Part shown: positions 32,247 through 43,783 of the stretch, in pieces
Position numbering within the stretch: the stretch's first letter is position 1
Layout: each line of letters opens with the position of its first letter
Notes under the pieces: model-generated
Seen by the model: only the letters and a program-made list of their open reading frames with translations
The model's database searches: none
What the model was told of the DNA's origin: nothing
Translations under genes and position numbers: made by a program
NCBI GenBank assembly: GCA_036918135.1
Contig: JBALDB010000002.1
Location: 1-64,000, forward strand
Direction: 5' to 3'
DNA: 64,000 bases
DNA from: Nostoc sp.
Lineage (GTDB): Bacteria; Cyanobacteriota; Cyanobacteriia; Cyanobacteriales; Nostocaceae

Positions 32247-32420
32247 CTAGCGTATTTCAGACGATATTCGGAAAATAATTGCCTTTGCATCCTCTAACGC
32301 CAAACGGCTCTTTTGGTGTTTGTCGGCAATTAAGAGTTGGTTATCGAGAGAAAACAATTTTTCTACAGTCATGCTGTAGTCGGCTGCTATCTCTGCGATT
32401 GATAGGTTTGCAAAACCCAT
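32247..32420 (-). CDS. 57-aa small protein, IF-2 N-terminal-like cyanobacterial family (not in ORF track)
   Basis: Hand translation MGFANLSIAEIAADYSMTVEKLFSLDNQLLIADKHQKSRLALEDAKAIIFRISSEIR. Confidence 0.6.
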   Translation of the reverse strand: MGFANLSIAEIAADYSMTVEKLFSLDNQLLIADKHQKSRLALEDAKAIIFRISSEIR

Positions 32421-32812
32421 AATGCTTGTTAACTGATAGATAGAGATTGAGTCGCTGTAATACCAATATCACGTTAGGAGTGCAATTTGTTGCCCAAAAT
32501 ACGGTTTGGGGGATGGGGCGTGGGGAAATGAGGAGATGGGGAGATAGCGAGGCAAGGGGCAGGGAGTAGGGAGCAGAGGGCAAAAAAGTAATTTTTCGTT
32601 CTCCTCCTTGCGCCCCTGCTTTTTTCCAATGCCCCAAACATAATTTATTGCTCAGAAGGTTTAAGTCTATCCCACCAGGATGACTGTGGCGATGAACCTC
32701 TGAGCTTGAAATTTAAAGTTTGATATAGCAGTTGCCAGCTAGGTTAAGATATAACCTCATCGTCAAACCCCGACATGAAGAAACTTTCAAGCCTGTTGCC
32801 TAGTATTAACAG

Positions 32813-33649
32813 TTAACCTTTTCCCCCGGTAAAAGTAACACTTTGAATGAAGTAGCGGTTAAAAAAGGCATAAATACTTAAAGCTGGCAGGGTAAATATC
32901 ATAGAAGCTGCCATAATGTAGTTCCAATAGCTGATATATTGACCTTTGAAGGTATTTAGCCCCAAAGGTAAGGTAAACATTTCTGGGTCAAATAGGATAA
33001 CTATAGGCAGCAAGAAATTATTCCAACTTCCCATAAATACAAAAACTGCCTGGGCTGCTAGTGCTGGTTTTGCCAAGGGTAAGACAATATAGCGGAAAAT
33101 TCCAAAGGAATTTAAGCCATCGAGTTGACCTGCTTGCTCTAATTCTTGAGGAAAATTAACGAAAAACTGCCGCATCATGAAGATAAAGGTGGCATTGACC
33201 ATACTGGGGACAATCATCCCTTGGTAGGAATTCAGCCAGCCGATCGCTTTTAAAATTAAAAATGTGGGAATTAAAGTAATTTGCCCTGGTACCGCTAGTA
33301 CTGCCAAGATTAGCAAGAACCAAAAGTGTTTGCCAACAAAGCGCAGTCTGGCTAAGGCATAACCCGCCATAGAATTTAACAATAAGTTTAAAACAGTGAC
33401 GCTGACGGCAATCACCATGCTGTTAAACAGCCAACGCCAAAATAAAGGTTCTTGCAAAAAGATTTGTCTGTAGTTGTCGAGAGTAAAATTTTTTGGGAAA
33501 AAATTGGCTTCACTGCTGACAATTTCTGTTAGCGGCTTAAACGATGCTGAAAGTGCCCAGAGGAAGGGAATGAGGGTAATCAGGGCATAGAGTGTCAGCA
33601 AAATATATAACAAGACTTTCAGCCAGGATGAGCCAGAGATGTTAGTCAA
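32813..33649 (-). CDS. carbohydrate ABC transporter permease
   Basis: EAA-like ELEQAGQLDG loop; MalG-type. Confidence 0.92.
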   Translation of the reverse strand: MTNISGSSWLKVLLYILLTLYALITLIPFLWALSASFKPLTEIVSSEANFFPKNFTLDNYRQIFLQEPLFWRWLFNSMVIAVSVTVLNLLLNSMAGYALARLRFVGKHFWFLLILAVLAVPGQITLIPTFLILKAIGWLNSYQGMIVPSMVNATFIFMMRQFFVNFPQELEQAGQLDGLNSFGIFRYIVLPLAKPALAAQAVFVFMGSWNNFLLPIVILFDPEMFTLPLGLNTFKGQYISYWNYIMAASMIFTLPALSIYAFFNRYFIQSVTFTGGKG

Positions 33650-34554
33650 ATCCGTTCGCCTCCAAAAAGCCGCCGCCCAATTAAAGTGATGCTAATAATG
33701 ACTGCTGTTAATAAAAAGGCGATCGCCGCAGCATATCCCATCTGTAAATTACGAAATACAGCTTGGTAAATTAGTAACACCATAGTTAAGGTAGCGTTAT
33801 TTGGCCCGCCAGTACCACTAGAGAAAATGTAAGACTGGTCAAATAATTGAAAAGTGCCAATCACTCCCATTGTTACTACAAAGAAAGTTACAGGCTTAAG
33901 CAAAGGAATAGTAATGTAAATAAATTGCTGCCATCCATCTGCGCCATCGAGTTCAGCAGCTTCATACACTGTTTGGGGGATATCCTGCAACGCCGCCAGG
34001 TAAATCACCATAAAAAACGGCGCTGTTGACCAAATGTTCATAATCATAATACCTTTGAGGGCAACTGCTGGATCGCCCAACCAGTTATAAGTAGGTAGCC
34101 CTACAAAAGCTAGAAAATCGTTTAGTAGGCCATCGGTGTTATAAATCCACATAAAGATCAGCGTCAGCACTGCTGAAGAAGTAACTGTCGGTAAAAAGTA
34201 GAGAATGCGCCACCAGTTTTTACCGCGAATCCCAGAATTGAGAGTTACCGCCAAAATTAAAGCTAGAACAGTTTGAGTTGGCACAACAACAGCTACATAT
34301 TGTGCGGTATTTCTCAAAGCAATCCAAACCCGTTCATCTTCGACTAACCGCGTGAAGTTCCGAAAACCAATGAACTCGTACTGAATACCGCCTAAAAGTT
34401 GAACTTTTTGCAGCGAAAGAAAAACGGCACAAAGAATGGGTAAGACTACAAAAGTCCCTAAAACTAAAATGGTAGGCGTCATGAACATATACCCAGCCAA
34501 ATCTTCTGTAATGTTCCACTTGGGGTTACTTTGTCGCCTGTTGATTTCAAACAC
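33646..34554 (-). CDS. carbohydrate ABC transporter permease
   Basis: YEAAELDGA loop; MalF-type. Confidence 0.92.
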   Translation of the reverse strand: MFEINRRQSNPKWNITEDLAGYMFMTPTILVLGTFVVLPILCAVFLSLQKVQLLGGIQYEFIGFRNFTRLVEDERVWIALRNTAQYVAVVVPTQTVLALILAVTLNSGIRGKNWWRILYFLPTVTSSAVLTLIFMWIYNTDGLLNDFLAFVGLPTYNWLGDPAVALKGIMIMNIWSTAPFFMVIYLAALQDIPQTVYEAAELDGADGWQQFIYITIPLLKPVTFFVVTMGVIGTFQLFDQSYIFSSGTGGPNNATLTMVLLIYQAVFRNLQMGYAAAIAFLLTAVIISITLIGRRLFGGERI

Positions 34555-35046
34555 TATTGCACCTCCGATTTATCCCACACTAATCTGACTGTAGTGATGA
34601 GTCGTGCGATTTGTACTGCTATAGCAGGAGGCAGGAGGTAGAACTATTACTATTCCTAGCATTCACGCTTGTCATTATGTCCTAACCTACGTGACTACGA
34701 CTATATCAAAAAATATTTAAGCTTATTAAATGAGTTTCTATCTTGAAAAACCCTAGATGCAAAGCGGCGAGTTGAGGACTAATTAAAAAAGATTTGAGAA
34801 AATTAAAAGTGTCACTAAATCAACTCAAAAGCGTTTGGTTGGTAATTTCAGGTTTTGAGATAGCAAGTAATTATTAACTAAAAAAGCTAAGTAAATATTA
34901 GAATATAAAGTCTGTAGAGATTATGGCAATATGGCACCTTAAAACCAAGCAAATTTTATTAATTCTAAAAGCAGAGCATTTCAAAATTTATCAGTTTGCA
35001 AGCAACTCGTATTCACAAGCAATTGAGATATCTAAAAAGTTGAGTC

Positions 35047-35937
35047 TCAAGAGTAAGAAATAGAGCGATCGCCATGATTTTCGACACGATTCAAAAATTC
35101 GTCTAAGACTTGTAAGAATCTTTCTGTCTCTTCAAGATGAGGCATGTGCGAACTGTTTTCAAACAGTACCCATTCAGAACCAGAAATACCCTGGTGAACT
35201 GTTTCAACACAAGTAGGTGTAACCTCATCATAGCGACCTGAAAGCAGCAGTGTCGGCACAATAATTTCACTCAGACGCTCTTGAATATTCCAGCCGATGA
35301 TTTTGCCTGCACCCCGAAACTCTGTACCAACTTTGCTGTAAGCTCTAGTTAAGCTACTGGGCCAAGGGTCTAATCGGCAAAGAAAAGAATGATTGAACAC
35401 TTCCATTGCTTGTTTATATTCAGGATCTTGAGTTGTACCCTCAGCTTCATGCTTACGAATGATCTGTTGTACTTCAATTGGCAGCTCTTTCATTAGGTTA
35501 TAAGCTTCAGTAACAAATTGTTGAATATTACAAGGTGTATTAGCTAAAACGAGACTGACTAACCCAGTTGATTGAGAAAGAGCATGTTCCAGCGCCAAAC
35601 AACCACCCCATGATTGCCCAAAAAGATGAATCTGCTCTAAATTGAGAGTGCTGCGGATGGCAACGAGTTCTTCTTTGAACAAATCAATAGAATATAAGCT
35701 GGGGTCTGTGGGGCGATCGCTATTACCGCATCCTAATTGATCGTAAAAAATAACTCGCCTTCCTGTTGCAGCCAACGCTTCTAATGGTTCTAAGTAGTCG
35801 TGGGGTACTCCTGGGCCTCCGTGAAGACACAGCAGCGGTAGCTTTTTAGCATCTTCTTGTTCTGGTTTAACAATCCGATACCATACCCGATGACCGCGAA
35901 ATGAAATAAAGTCTTCAACGGCAGAAGTTGTAGTCAT
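35047..35937 (-). CDS. proline iminopeptidase-family hydrolase
   Basis: LHGGPG, YDQLGCGNS, GQSWGG, SSHMPH. Confidence 0.9.
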   Translation of the reverse strand: MTTTSAVEDFISFRGHRVWYRIVKPEQEDAKKLPLLCLHGGPGVPHDYLEPLEALAATGRRVIFYDQLGCGNSDRPTDPSLYSIDLFKEELVAIRSTLNLEQIHLFGQSWGGCLALEHALSQSTGLVSLVLANTPCNIQQFVTEAYNLMKELPIEVQQIIRKHEAEGTTQDPEYKQAMEVFNHSFLCRLDPWPSSLTRAYSKVGTEFRGAGKIIGWNIQERLSEIIVPTLLLSGRYDEVTPTCVETVHQGISGSEWVLFENSSHMPHLEETERFLQVLDEFLNRVENHGDRSISYS

Positions 35938-36025
35938 AGAGTTAGTGTTTTATTACTCAAATAAATATACCCTTGGTGTAATATCTGGGGATCGCCTTTT
36001 TGACTAGGGATCGCTCTTTCCCAAA

Positions 36026-37330
36026 TTAGTCCATCGCCTTTATTTGCTGATTAGCTGAGTTTTCTGCCCCTAACATCGCCTGTTTTAATGGTTGTTGCCC
36101 CAATAAGGCGCTGACAAACTGATTATCAAAATTATTCATAATCGCCGCCGGATATTTACCTACCTGCCACAGTGTGGCAGAATCAACACCTGCCACTAAT
36201 GGCGATCGCAATGGGTCTTGGTCATAGCCCAAATTTTTTGCCACTGATTTACGTGTTGGCAAAGCAAACCCTGTCCCTGTCCACTTCTGCATCCCTTCTT
36301 TCCCCGTGAGATAAGAAATCAACTCCCAAGCTTCGGCTTTGTGCTGTGCCTGCTTGTTCATCACGTAGGCAACGGTCAACAGCATTGTACCCTTTTTATT
36401 ATTAATCGTAGGCACTGGTGCAGTAGCAAACTCTACTTCCGGAAAGGTTTGAGTTAAGTAAGGAATTGCCCAGTTACCTTCAATCACCATTGCCACTTTA
36501 CTCTGACCAAACATTTCACTACCTGAGTTTGTCCCTACATCAGATTTTTGGGCAGAGGAACGGTCTTTTTGATACTGGTCTATTACCAACTGTAAACCCT
36601 GCAAACTTGCATCATCAGCAAAGGTAGCGTAACCATTTTGGTCAACGAGTTGTCCACCAAAGGCTTTGATTTTGTAAGCCTGACGCACCAATTCCGGGAT
36701 TTCTCCAAAGCCGTATTTATTAAGTTTGCCTGTCAATTGCTTAGAGTAGGTGCGTAGTTCATCCCAAGTAGCTGGCGGATTATTCAAGCCTGCGGCAGCA
36801 AAAGCTTTTTTGTTATAAAACAGGGCAAGGGTGGAATAGTCTTTAGGAAGACCATAAATATGGTTCTGATATTTGAAGCTGTTAAGTAAGCTCTCCTCGA
36901 AGTCCGCTAGGTCAAATTCGGGAGTGACGTAGCCTTCTAGGGGTTCAAGAACATTTTGACTCATTAAAAAAGGAGCTTCCAATGACTCCAGATAAAAGAC
37001 ATCAGGCGCTGCTTCTCCAACCAAACGAGTTTTAATCACATCCATGTATTGGTCAGGAATCGCTTCATATTTGACCTTAATATTTGGATGCTGTGCTTCA
37101 AAGTCTTGCAGTACCTGGCTCAAGAGTTTTTGTTCAACAATAGAGCCTCCCCACCCACTGAGTTTAATGGTGACTACAGTAGATGCTGAGTGTTTGCTTG
37201 GTAATTGTAGGGTGTGACAAGCAATAAAAGCGATGGCTACTGCAATCGCCACTCCTAAAAAATTTAATAACTTGCTTTTAATCACTGACAGATAAAGGAG
37301 ATTGGGGATTAGGGACTGGGAATTAGACAA
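36026..37330 (-). CDS. sugar ABC transporter substrate-binding lipoprotein
   Basis: FIAC lipobox, YGLPKD, YNKKAF, PATWDEL. Confidence 0.9.
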   Translation of the reverse strand: MSNSQSLIPNLLYLSVIKSKLLNFLGVAIAVAIAFIACHTLQLPSKHSASTVVTIKLSGWGGSIVEQKLLSQVLQDFEAQHPNIKVKYEAIPDQYMDVIKTRLVGEAAPDVFYLESLEAPFLMSQNVLEPLEGYVTPEFDLADFEESLLNSFKYQNHIYGLPKDYSTLALFYNKKAFAAAGLNNPPATWDELRTYSKQLTGKLNKYGFGEIPELVRQAYKIKAFGGQLVDQNGYATFADDASLQGLQLVIDQYQKDRSSAQKSDVGTNSGSEMFGQSKVAMVIEGNWAIPYLTQTFPEVEFATAPVPTINNKKGTMLLTVAYVMNKQAQHKAEAWELISYLTGKEGMQKWTGTGFALPTRKSVAKNLGYDQDPLRSPLVAGVDSATLWQVGKYPAAIMNNFDNQFVSALLGQQPLKQAMLGAENSANQQIKAMD

Positions 37331-37659
37331 GAGAGATATTTTTATTAGCTATGCTTAATCGGGTGTAGAACTTTTGCACTTAGTAAATCATATTCAATAC
37401 TTAGCGACGAGTCTTTGATACTCGGCAACGAGTCTTTGATACTCCTTAAGAATTGCTAATCTTGCATTAAACTCTTGGTATTTACTTGTATCATATATAA
37501 CTTATAAGTAATAAATATCTTTGTTTTAAGACTTTTTTTATACTTTTTGTTTAAAAACGAAGTTAAGATGATGAAGAATTATTAACAATATTGACGAAAG
37601 CATACTGAATTACTCGAAAACTGGATTGATGCAGGATGCTTCACCGATAAACATAGATT

Positions 37660-39099
37660 ATGGATTTTGTTCAGGTTGAAATATCTGCGCCTCTGAATCT
37701 GGAAATTACCCAGGTCACTACACCGCAAATAGCAGTTTCTCAAACTTCTCGCATTCCCAAGGATGATATTCGCAGAAGTTTAAGAGCCTCCACAGTAGAT
37801 TCTGTCTTAGCAGCGGTTTATGCCATTGGTACTAGTGGGATTTTACTTGGCAATTTATTGGTGGAGTTAGATGCTAGTCCAGTAATATTTGGGATGTTGT
37901 CCTCTATCCCCATGCTGGTGAATGTGATTCAGCCGTTGGGTGCTTACATGTCAGAAAGTAGCACAAGCCGCTTTCGGTATGCACTACGGACACACGGAAT
38001 TGCTCGCCTATTGTGGCTGATTTTAGTAATTGCGATTGCAGGCGTAAGTTGGGGAGTGTTGAATAGTGAGCAGTTAGTGATATTAACACTCTTAGTTCTT
38101 TTATTGAGCCATCTTTTAGCAGGACTAGGAGCCGCATCATGGCTAAGTTGGCTGGCAATGATAGTTCCCCGACAATTACGAGGCAGGTATTTTGGGATAC
38201 GCAATAGTGCTGCTAGCCTCACAAGTTTAATTTGCGTACCAATAGCTGGTTTAGCTATATCCCATTGGTATGGAGGAGTTATCCAAGGCTATGGAATAGT
38301 TCTATTACTAAGTATGATTTTTGGGCTTGTGGGGCTAGGATGCCAGTATTTTCAAGTGGATATGAATCCGCGATCGCAAAACACTTATGTTGGCAAGTTC
38401 CCTCAAACAAATGAGATTCAGCCAGAGGTTACACAAAACGAGCATTTTATTAGTGTATCTGAATTAGATTGTCAACCATATATACCTACTCCAGAAAACC
38501 AATCAGCTAACAGCATCTGGAAAAACTCTAACTTTTTGCGATTTATAGTGTATCTCAGCTTATGGACACTTGCTGTTAACCTCAGTAGTCCTTTTTTTAA
38601 CCTCTACATGCTGGACACGCTGGATTTGGATGTCAGCTACGTGACTATCTACAATAGCCTTCAGGCGGGGGCAAATTTGCTGATGCTTATCCTGTGGGGA
38701 AAATTAGCAGACAAGATCGGTAATCGTCTGATCCTCATTTATATTGGGATTTTGGTCGCAGCCACACCACTGCTGTGGCTGGGGATTGGTTTTAATCACC
38801 TTGATGTCTGGTTGTGGTTACCACTGTTACACATCTTAGGTGGAGGTACTTGGGCGGCGATTGACTTGTGTAGTAATAACATCCAATTGGCGATCGCACC
38901 AACTAAAAATCAGTCTATCTATTTTGCAACCGCAGCTGCCGTTGCTGGAGTGAGTGGTGCTTTGGGCATAACCATAGGCAGTCTGATCGTGCAATTTACT
39001 CAGTCTGGAGGCTTACTAGGGTTGTTCGCCTTCTCTAGTTTATTTCGACTAACAGCACTTGTTCCACTCATGTTTATCCAAGAGCCAGACAGGGGATGA
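37660..39099 (+). CDS. MFS transporter
   Basis: About 12 TM; WGKLADKIGNR motif. Confidence 0.88.
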   Translation: MDFVQVEISAPLNLEITQVTTPQIAVSQTSRIPKDDIRRSLRASTVDSVLAAVYAIGTSGILLGNLLVELDASPVIFGMLSSIPMLVNVIQPLGAYMSESSTSRFRYALRTHGIARLLWLILVIAIAGVSWGVLNSEQLVILTLLVLLLSHLLAGLGAASWLSWLAMIVPRQLRGRYFGIRNSAASLTSLICVPIAGLAISHWYGGVIQGYGIVLLLSMIFGLVGLGCQYFQVDMNPRSQNTYVGKFPQTNEIQPEVTQNEHFISVSELDCQPYIPTPENQSANSIWKNSNFLRFIVYLSLWTLAVNLSSPFFNLYMLDTLDLDVSYVTIYNSLQAGANLLMLILWGKLADKIGNRLILIYIGILVAATPLLWLGIGFNHLDVWLWLPLLHILGGGTWAAIDLCSNNIQLAIAPTKNQSIYFATAAAVAGVSGALGITIGSLIVQFTQSGGLLGLFAFSSLFRLTALVPLMFIQEPDRG

Positions 39100-39120
39100 G
39101 GGGAATCAGGAGAATTAATC

Positions 39121-39274
39121 TAACGTGAATTCGATGGCTCATATGTTGCCTGCCGAATTTACTCAATCAAAAAACCTCTAAGTTTTACTATGCAAAACTG
39201 TCCCTCTCCGATTCGGAGAGAGACAGACTTGAACTAGAGTTCAAGACAGGGAGAGGTTCGTCGAACTCACGTTA
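39121..39274. mobile_element. MITE-like repeat
   Basis: TAACGTGAATTCGA ... TCGAACTCACGTTA TIRs; internal CTCTCCGATTCGGAGAG hairpin. Confidence 0.65.
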
Positions 39275-39292
39275 ATCTAGTCTCAGACTGCT

Positions 39293-40243
39293 CTATTCTG
39301 CGGCAGTTGAAGTCAAGGACATTGTTTCCCATAAGACCATATGAGGTGGTGTTAGCGCAGGCTGGTGTAAAGCAATCAGCTGAGCTAATATATTCTTTAA
39401 CTGGGTGCGCGGTACGATATCATCAACAAAACCGTGCTGGAGTAAATCTTCAGCAGTTTGAAAATCATCAGGCAGTTTTTCCCGCAGGGTTTGCTCAATC
39501 ACTCGCCGACCTGCAAAACCGATGGTTGCCTTGGGTTCTGCCAGAATAATATCGCCCAACATTGCAAAACTCGCGGTAACGCCGCCCGTTGTCGGATTTG
39601 TCAAAACGGGAATATACAACAATCGGGCGTCTTGATGGCGCTGTAGGGCTGCGGAGATTTTTGCCATCTGCATCAAGGACAGCATTCCTTCTTGCATTCT
39701 CGCGCCACCAGAGGTACAAACAATAATTACAGGATACCGCCATTGAGTAGCTTGCTCAATTAAGCGGGTGAGTCTTTCTCCCACAACTGAACCCATACTG
39801 CCACCCATAAAGCGGAAGTCCATAACTCCAAGGGCAACAGGCAAGCCATTAATTTGACCCAAACCTGTTTTAACTGCGTCTATTAAGCCAATTTTTTCCT
39901 GCATTTCCCGTAGGCGATCGCTGTAGGGTTTGCGATCGCGAAATTGCAGGGGATCGGTTGGACGTAAATGCTCGTCTAAAGCTTTCCAAGTATCGCGATC
40001 TATCAATTGACGGATACGCTCATCGCTATCTACACGATTGTGATGACCACATTCGACACAAACCATCTGATTAGCTCTCAGGTCTTTTGTGTATGTCAAT
40101 ACACCACAACTAGAACATTTATGCCATAGACCATCAGCAATTTCACGTTCTTGGCGTTCGGGACTAGTAGACCCTGATTTCCGTCGATTTGCAAACCAAT
40201 CAAATAGAGACTTTAAACCACGTGATTCTTCGTTGTTAGCCAT
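39293..40243 (-). CDS. accD: acetyl-CoA carboxylase carboxyltransferase beta subunit
   Basis: Zn finger, [19 protein letters not shown]. Confidence 0.97.
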   Translation of the reverse strand: MANNEESRGLKSLFDWFANRRKSGSTSPERQEREIADGLWHKCSSCGVLTYTKDLRANQMVCVECGHHNRVDSDERIRQLIDRDTWKALDEHLRPTDPLQFRDRKPYSDRLREMQEKIGLIDAVKTGLGQINGLPVALGVMDFRFMGGSMGSVVGERLTRLIEQATQWRYPVIIVCTSGGARMQEGMLSLMQMAKISAALQRHQDARLLYIPVLTNPTTGGVTASFAMLGDIILAEPKATIGFAGRRVIEQTLREKLPDDFQTAEDLLQHGFVDDIVPRTQLKNILAQLIALHQPALTPPHMVLWETMSLTSTAAE

Positions 40244-40948
40244 TTTTATCTTATTTTAAGTGGGTAGAGGTCAAAACCATATCAAGCCGTATGGGGTTGT
40301 CCTTAGCCATTAGCCATTTGTTTTTTCAATGAGTAATAGCTTGCGTCAAATTAAGCTTTTAAGCAATTGAGACCTTAATTTTCATCTTTGGTTGCCAGCT
40401 TAACGAAAATACTTATGCCAACACAAGTCTCTTGCTCTTTTTTTAGAGGACTTTTTATATAAATCCAGTGACAAAGCCATGCAAATATTAACCTCCAAAT
40501 AAGATGCTCTCCCTCTCCCACATAGATCTATTATTCTTTTTGCTGGGTCATAAGCAATCAGTATCTGTTTTATAAGTTGTGCTTACCCATAGGTAATCGT
40601 CGTTAAGAGGGAAATACAAGTCACAAGCTGAATATTATCAAAATACGAACGGCAGATGGGGTAATGCAAGTTACAGTCACAAATTATAAAAATTTCTTAT
40701 ACGAGAGAATTGGAGATTGGGTATTGGGTACTCAATACTGTTTGCTTTATGCATTTCTAACTTGGAATTAGGTTTTGAGAAAAGGTTACTGGGTTTGGGT
40801 TAAAAGTTTTTCTTTACCTTTTTTCCTTCCTATTTTCCCCTTAACGGAAAGATATTGATTAAGTACTAGGTATTAGATATTAGCTTTATAATTCCTAATC
40901 CCCATTACCCCTTATCCCCAGAGGGTACCCCACCTTCCCCATTCCAAT

Positions 40949-41770
40949 TTATGACACTGGAAAAAATAACCGCAGGTAGCTAGATAAAATGGCTTCACCG
41001 CTAAATAGAGTAATCGCAGACCCTAAAGCCAGAAAAGGGCCAAAAGGTATCTTTTGTCCTAATTTCTGGCGCGATCGCATAATTGCACCGCTACCAATTA
41101 AAGCTCCCAGTGCACAGGCAATAAAACTAGCCAACAGCAAATATTTCCATCCCAACCAGGCTCCCATCATCGCTGCTAACTTGGCGTCACCCGCACCCAT
41201 TGCAGCTTTACCAAAGACAATTGAACCTAATAGGGCGATCGCCTCAAATAACCATAAGCCCAATACTGCACCAACTATTGCCATCATCAAGTGATTTACC
41301 AATGCTACAGTGCTAGCCTCTGGTAAAAAACCGATCGCCATTTGAAATAAAATCCCCACCACCAAACCCGACTGAGTAAGTGCATTGGGTAGAGTCATTG
41401 TATCCAGGTCAATCAACGATAGCGCTAATAACCAACTGCAAAAAGCCCAATAGCCTATTGTTAAAGTCGAAGCTTTGAATACTAAAAAAACTAATAAAAA
41501 AATTATTCCCGTTACTCCTTCTACCACAGGATAACGGACAGAAATTTTGCTTTTGCAATATCGACATCGCCCTCTTAAGAAAATCCAGCCAAAGACTGGT
41601 ACGTTGTCGTAAGCTTTTAGCTGGTTTAAGCAATGCGGACAACGAGAAGGCGGCCAAAGAATTGACAACCGAGCAGGTAGCCGATAAACAACAACATTGA
41701 TAAAACTGCCAACAGATGCACCCAAACCAAAGACAATTACACTCGCCGAGATGGCGAACAAAATGTCCAT
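40949..41770 (-). CDS. pilD: prepilin peptidase/N-methyltransferase
   Basis: GSFINVVVYRLP, CPHC/CRYC, GAGDAKL, IPFGPFL. Confidence 0.95.
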   Translation of the reverse strand: MDILFAISASVIVFGLGASVGSFINVVVYRLPARLSILWPPSRCPHCLNQLKAYDNVPVFGWIFLRGRCRYCKSKISVRYPVVEGVTGIIFLLVFLVFKASTLTIGYWAFCSWLLALSLIDLDTMTLPNALTQSGLVVGILFQMAIGFLPEASTVALVNHLMMAIVGAVLGLWLFEAIALLGSIVFGKAAMGAGDAKLAAMMGAWLGWKYLLLASFIACALGALIGSGAIMRSRQKLGQKIPFGPFLALGSAITLFSGEAILSSYLRLFFPVS

Positions 41771-41772
41771 AT

Positions 41773-41916
41773 AGTCATTTGTCCTTTGTCATTTGTCCTT
41801 TGTCATTTATCGTTTGTCATTTGTTTTTTGTCGAGAGCGAAAGACCAATGACTAATGACAATCGGTCATTTGTTCTTTGTCGAGAACGAATGACCGATGA
41901 CTAATGACCAATGACT
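41773..41916. repeat. STRR heptamer tandem repeats (TCATTTG / AATGACT types)
   Basis: gtcatttgtcctttgtcatttg... and caatgactaatgac runs in inverted arrangement. Confidence 0.85.
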
Positions 41917-42175
41917 AATACATGTGCGATTCGATTTGACTCAAGGGCACAAAACATTCTTGAGGTAAGAGAACTGGTTGGTTAGTAAAAATAACCTTAC
42001 CTCGATGAGTCACGCGATTAATTGCTACACCGGAAGGTTGCCCAGCTATTTCGGGATGTACTTCACAGTGAGTGTAGTAGATCTGCCCAGCGGCTCTGAT
42101 TACGGCGGTATCAATCAAAGGTGGCTGGTTCCTTGGGGCGGTAAAATTTGCTTGACCTTGTCGTAATGCGTACAC
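41915..42175 (-). CDS. conserved hypothetical protein
   Basis: 86-aa ORF co-oriented between leuB and pilD. Confidence 0.7.
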   Translation of the reverse strand: MYALRQGQANFTAPRNQPPLIDTAVIRAAGQIYYTHCEVHPEIAGQPSGVAINRVTHRGKVIFTNQPVLLPQECFVPLSQIESHMY

Positions 42176-42268
42176 TATCGACTGTTATTTGATTGCTAGA
42201 TTTGTCTTTAGTCTACCCGAAACTTATGGCAAAGGTTGCCAAATTGCCCAGGTTAAATTGTAAAATTA

Positions 42269-43354
42269 TTAAACTTCAAGAGCTAAAATCAGCGCATTGC
42301 CCATAGCACGGCAACCCAAAAGATTTTTCCCTGGTGAAATTATATCACCTGTGCGATCGCCTTGTTCTAATACTTGTAATACGGCTTGTTCTACATGGTC
42401 TGCGGCTTCTGGCTGATTTAAACCGTAGCGTAACATCATCGCCACACTCAAGACTTGTGCCAGAGGATTTGCCTTGTCTTGTCCTGCAATATCTGGCGCG
42501 GAACCATGAACTGGTTCAAATACACCAGGCCCCTCAGCGCCCAAACTAGCAGAAGGCAGCATCCCAATACTACCTGTAAGCATGGCAGCAGCATCAGAGA
42601 GAATATCGCCGAACAAATTGCCCGTGACAATAGTATCGAATTGCTTGGGAGCGCGTAATAACTGCATAGCAGCATTATCTACATAAAGATGAGAGAGTTC
42701 GATGTCTGGATATTCTTGAGAAAGTTGTGTAATGCGATCGCGCCATAACTGAGATACTTCTAATACGTTAGCCTTATCCACCGAACAAAGTTTTCCACTA
42801 CGTTTGCGCGCTGCTTCAAAAGCCACTCGTCCAATGCGATCGATTTCTGATTCGGTGTAAACCATTGTATTTACACCGCGTTTTTCACCAGTCTCAGTAG
42901 CAAAAATTCCCTTAGGTTTACCGAAATAAATTCCACCAGTAAGTTCCCGCACCACCATGATATCGACACCTTCGACAACTTCGCGTCTCAAAGTCGAAGC
43001 ATCAATTAGCTGGGGCAAAATTTTTGCTGGGCGTAAGTTGGCAAATAGTCCCAAACCCGCACGTAGCCCTAACAAACCTGCTTCTGGGCGTAATTTCGAT
43101 GGTAGAGAATCCCACTTATAGCCACCAATGGCTGCAAGTAATACAGCATCACTATTACGGCAAGTATCCAAAGTAGCAGAGGGCAGAGGTTCGCCCGTGG
43201 TGTCAATTGCTGCGCCACCGATGAGGGCTTCTTGGAATTCAAATTGAATATCAAATTTATTGCCTACAACTTTCAGCACATCTACCGCCACTGCCATAAT
43301 TTCAGGGCCAATGCCATCGCCGGGGAGTAGGGTAATGCGGTAGTTCTGGGTCAT
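42269..43354 (-). CDS. leuB: 3-isopropylmalate dehydrogenase
   Basis: [32 protein letters not shown]. Confidence 0.97.
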   Translation of the reverse strand: MTQNYRITLLPGDGIGPEIMAVAVDVLKVVGNKFDIQFEFQEALIGGAAIDTTGEPLPSATLDTCRNSDAVLLAAIGGYKWDSLPSKLRPEAGLLGLRAGLGLFANLRPAKILPQLIDASTLRREVVEGVDIMVVRELTGGIYFGKPKGIFATETGEKRGVNTMVYTESEIDRIGRVAFEAARKRSGKLCSVDKANVLEVSQLWRDRITQLSQEYPDIELSHLYVDNAAMQLLRAPKQFDTIVTGNLFGDILSDAAAMLTGSIGMLPSASLGAEGPGVFEPVHGSAPDIAGQDKANPLAQVLSVAMMLRYGLNQPEAADHVEQAVLQVLEQGDRTGDIISPGKNLLGCRAMGNALILALEV

Positions 43355-43710
43355 AGCTAGTTTCTATTGGGTAAATGCTTGCAGATTAAATATCATACCG
43401 AGCAAAATGTACCGATGGAGTTTTTAATTTATTTAGATGTTTGTTGCCTGAATCGCCCCGTCAGTAACCAGACACAAGAACCCATTAGTTTAGAAGCCTA
43501 GACAATATTGCTAATTTTGGGTAATTTTCCAACTGTTGACGTACTAAAAACCCAATTATTCTTTGTAGCTTGTTGTTGTCTCCCCAATCATTTTTTCAAC
43601 ACTTATTCAATCATCCGATCGGTTGTAGTGTAATTTTTTAAAGTACTTAGTAAGTTCAAACTTAAGCACAGAAGCTTTTATAGACAATTTTAAAAATTTT
43701 CTGAAACCCC

Positions 43711-43750
43711 TTGACACCATCTTGTAGTGTTATGTAGTATATATGTAGTG
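43711..43750 (+). promoter_or_regulatory. Promoter of tRNA array with three TGTAGT boxes (probable TrcR operator)
   Basis: TTGACA-N18-TAGTAT; TGTAGT at 43723, 43733, 43744. Confidence 0.75.
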
Positions 43751-43783
43751 AAGTAAAAGACAAGCTTCGCAAGGGTCAAAGTC

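Noticed and set aside
37403..37444. 21-nt tandem duplication ACGAGTCTTTGATACTC
   Set aside because: Only two copies; most simply a slippage duplication.
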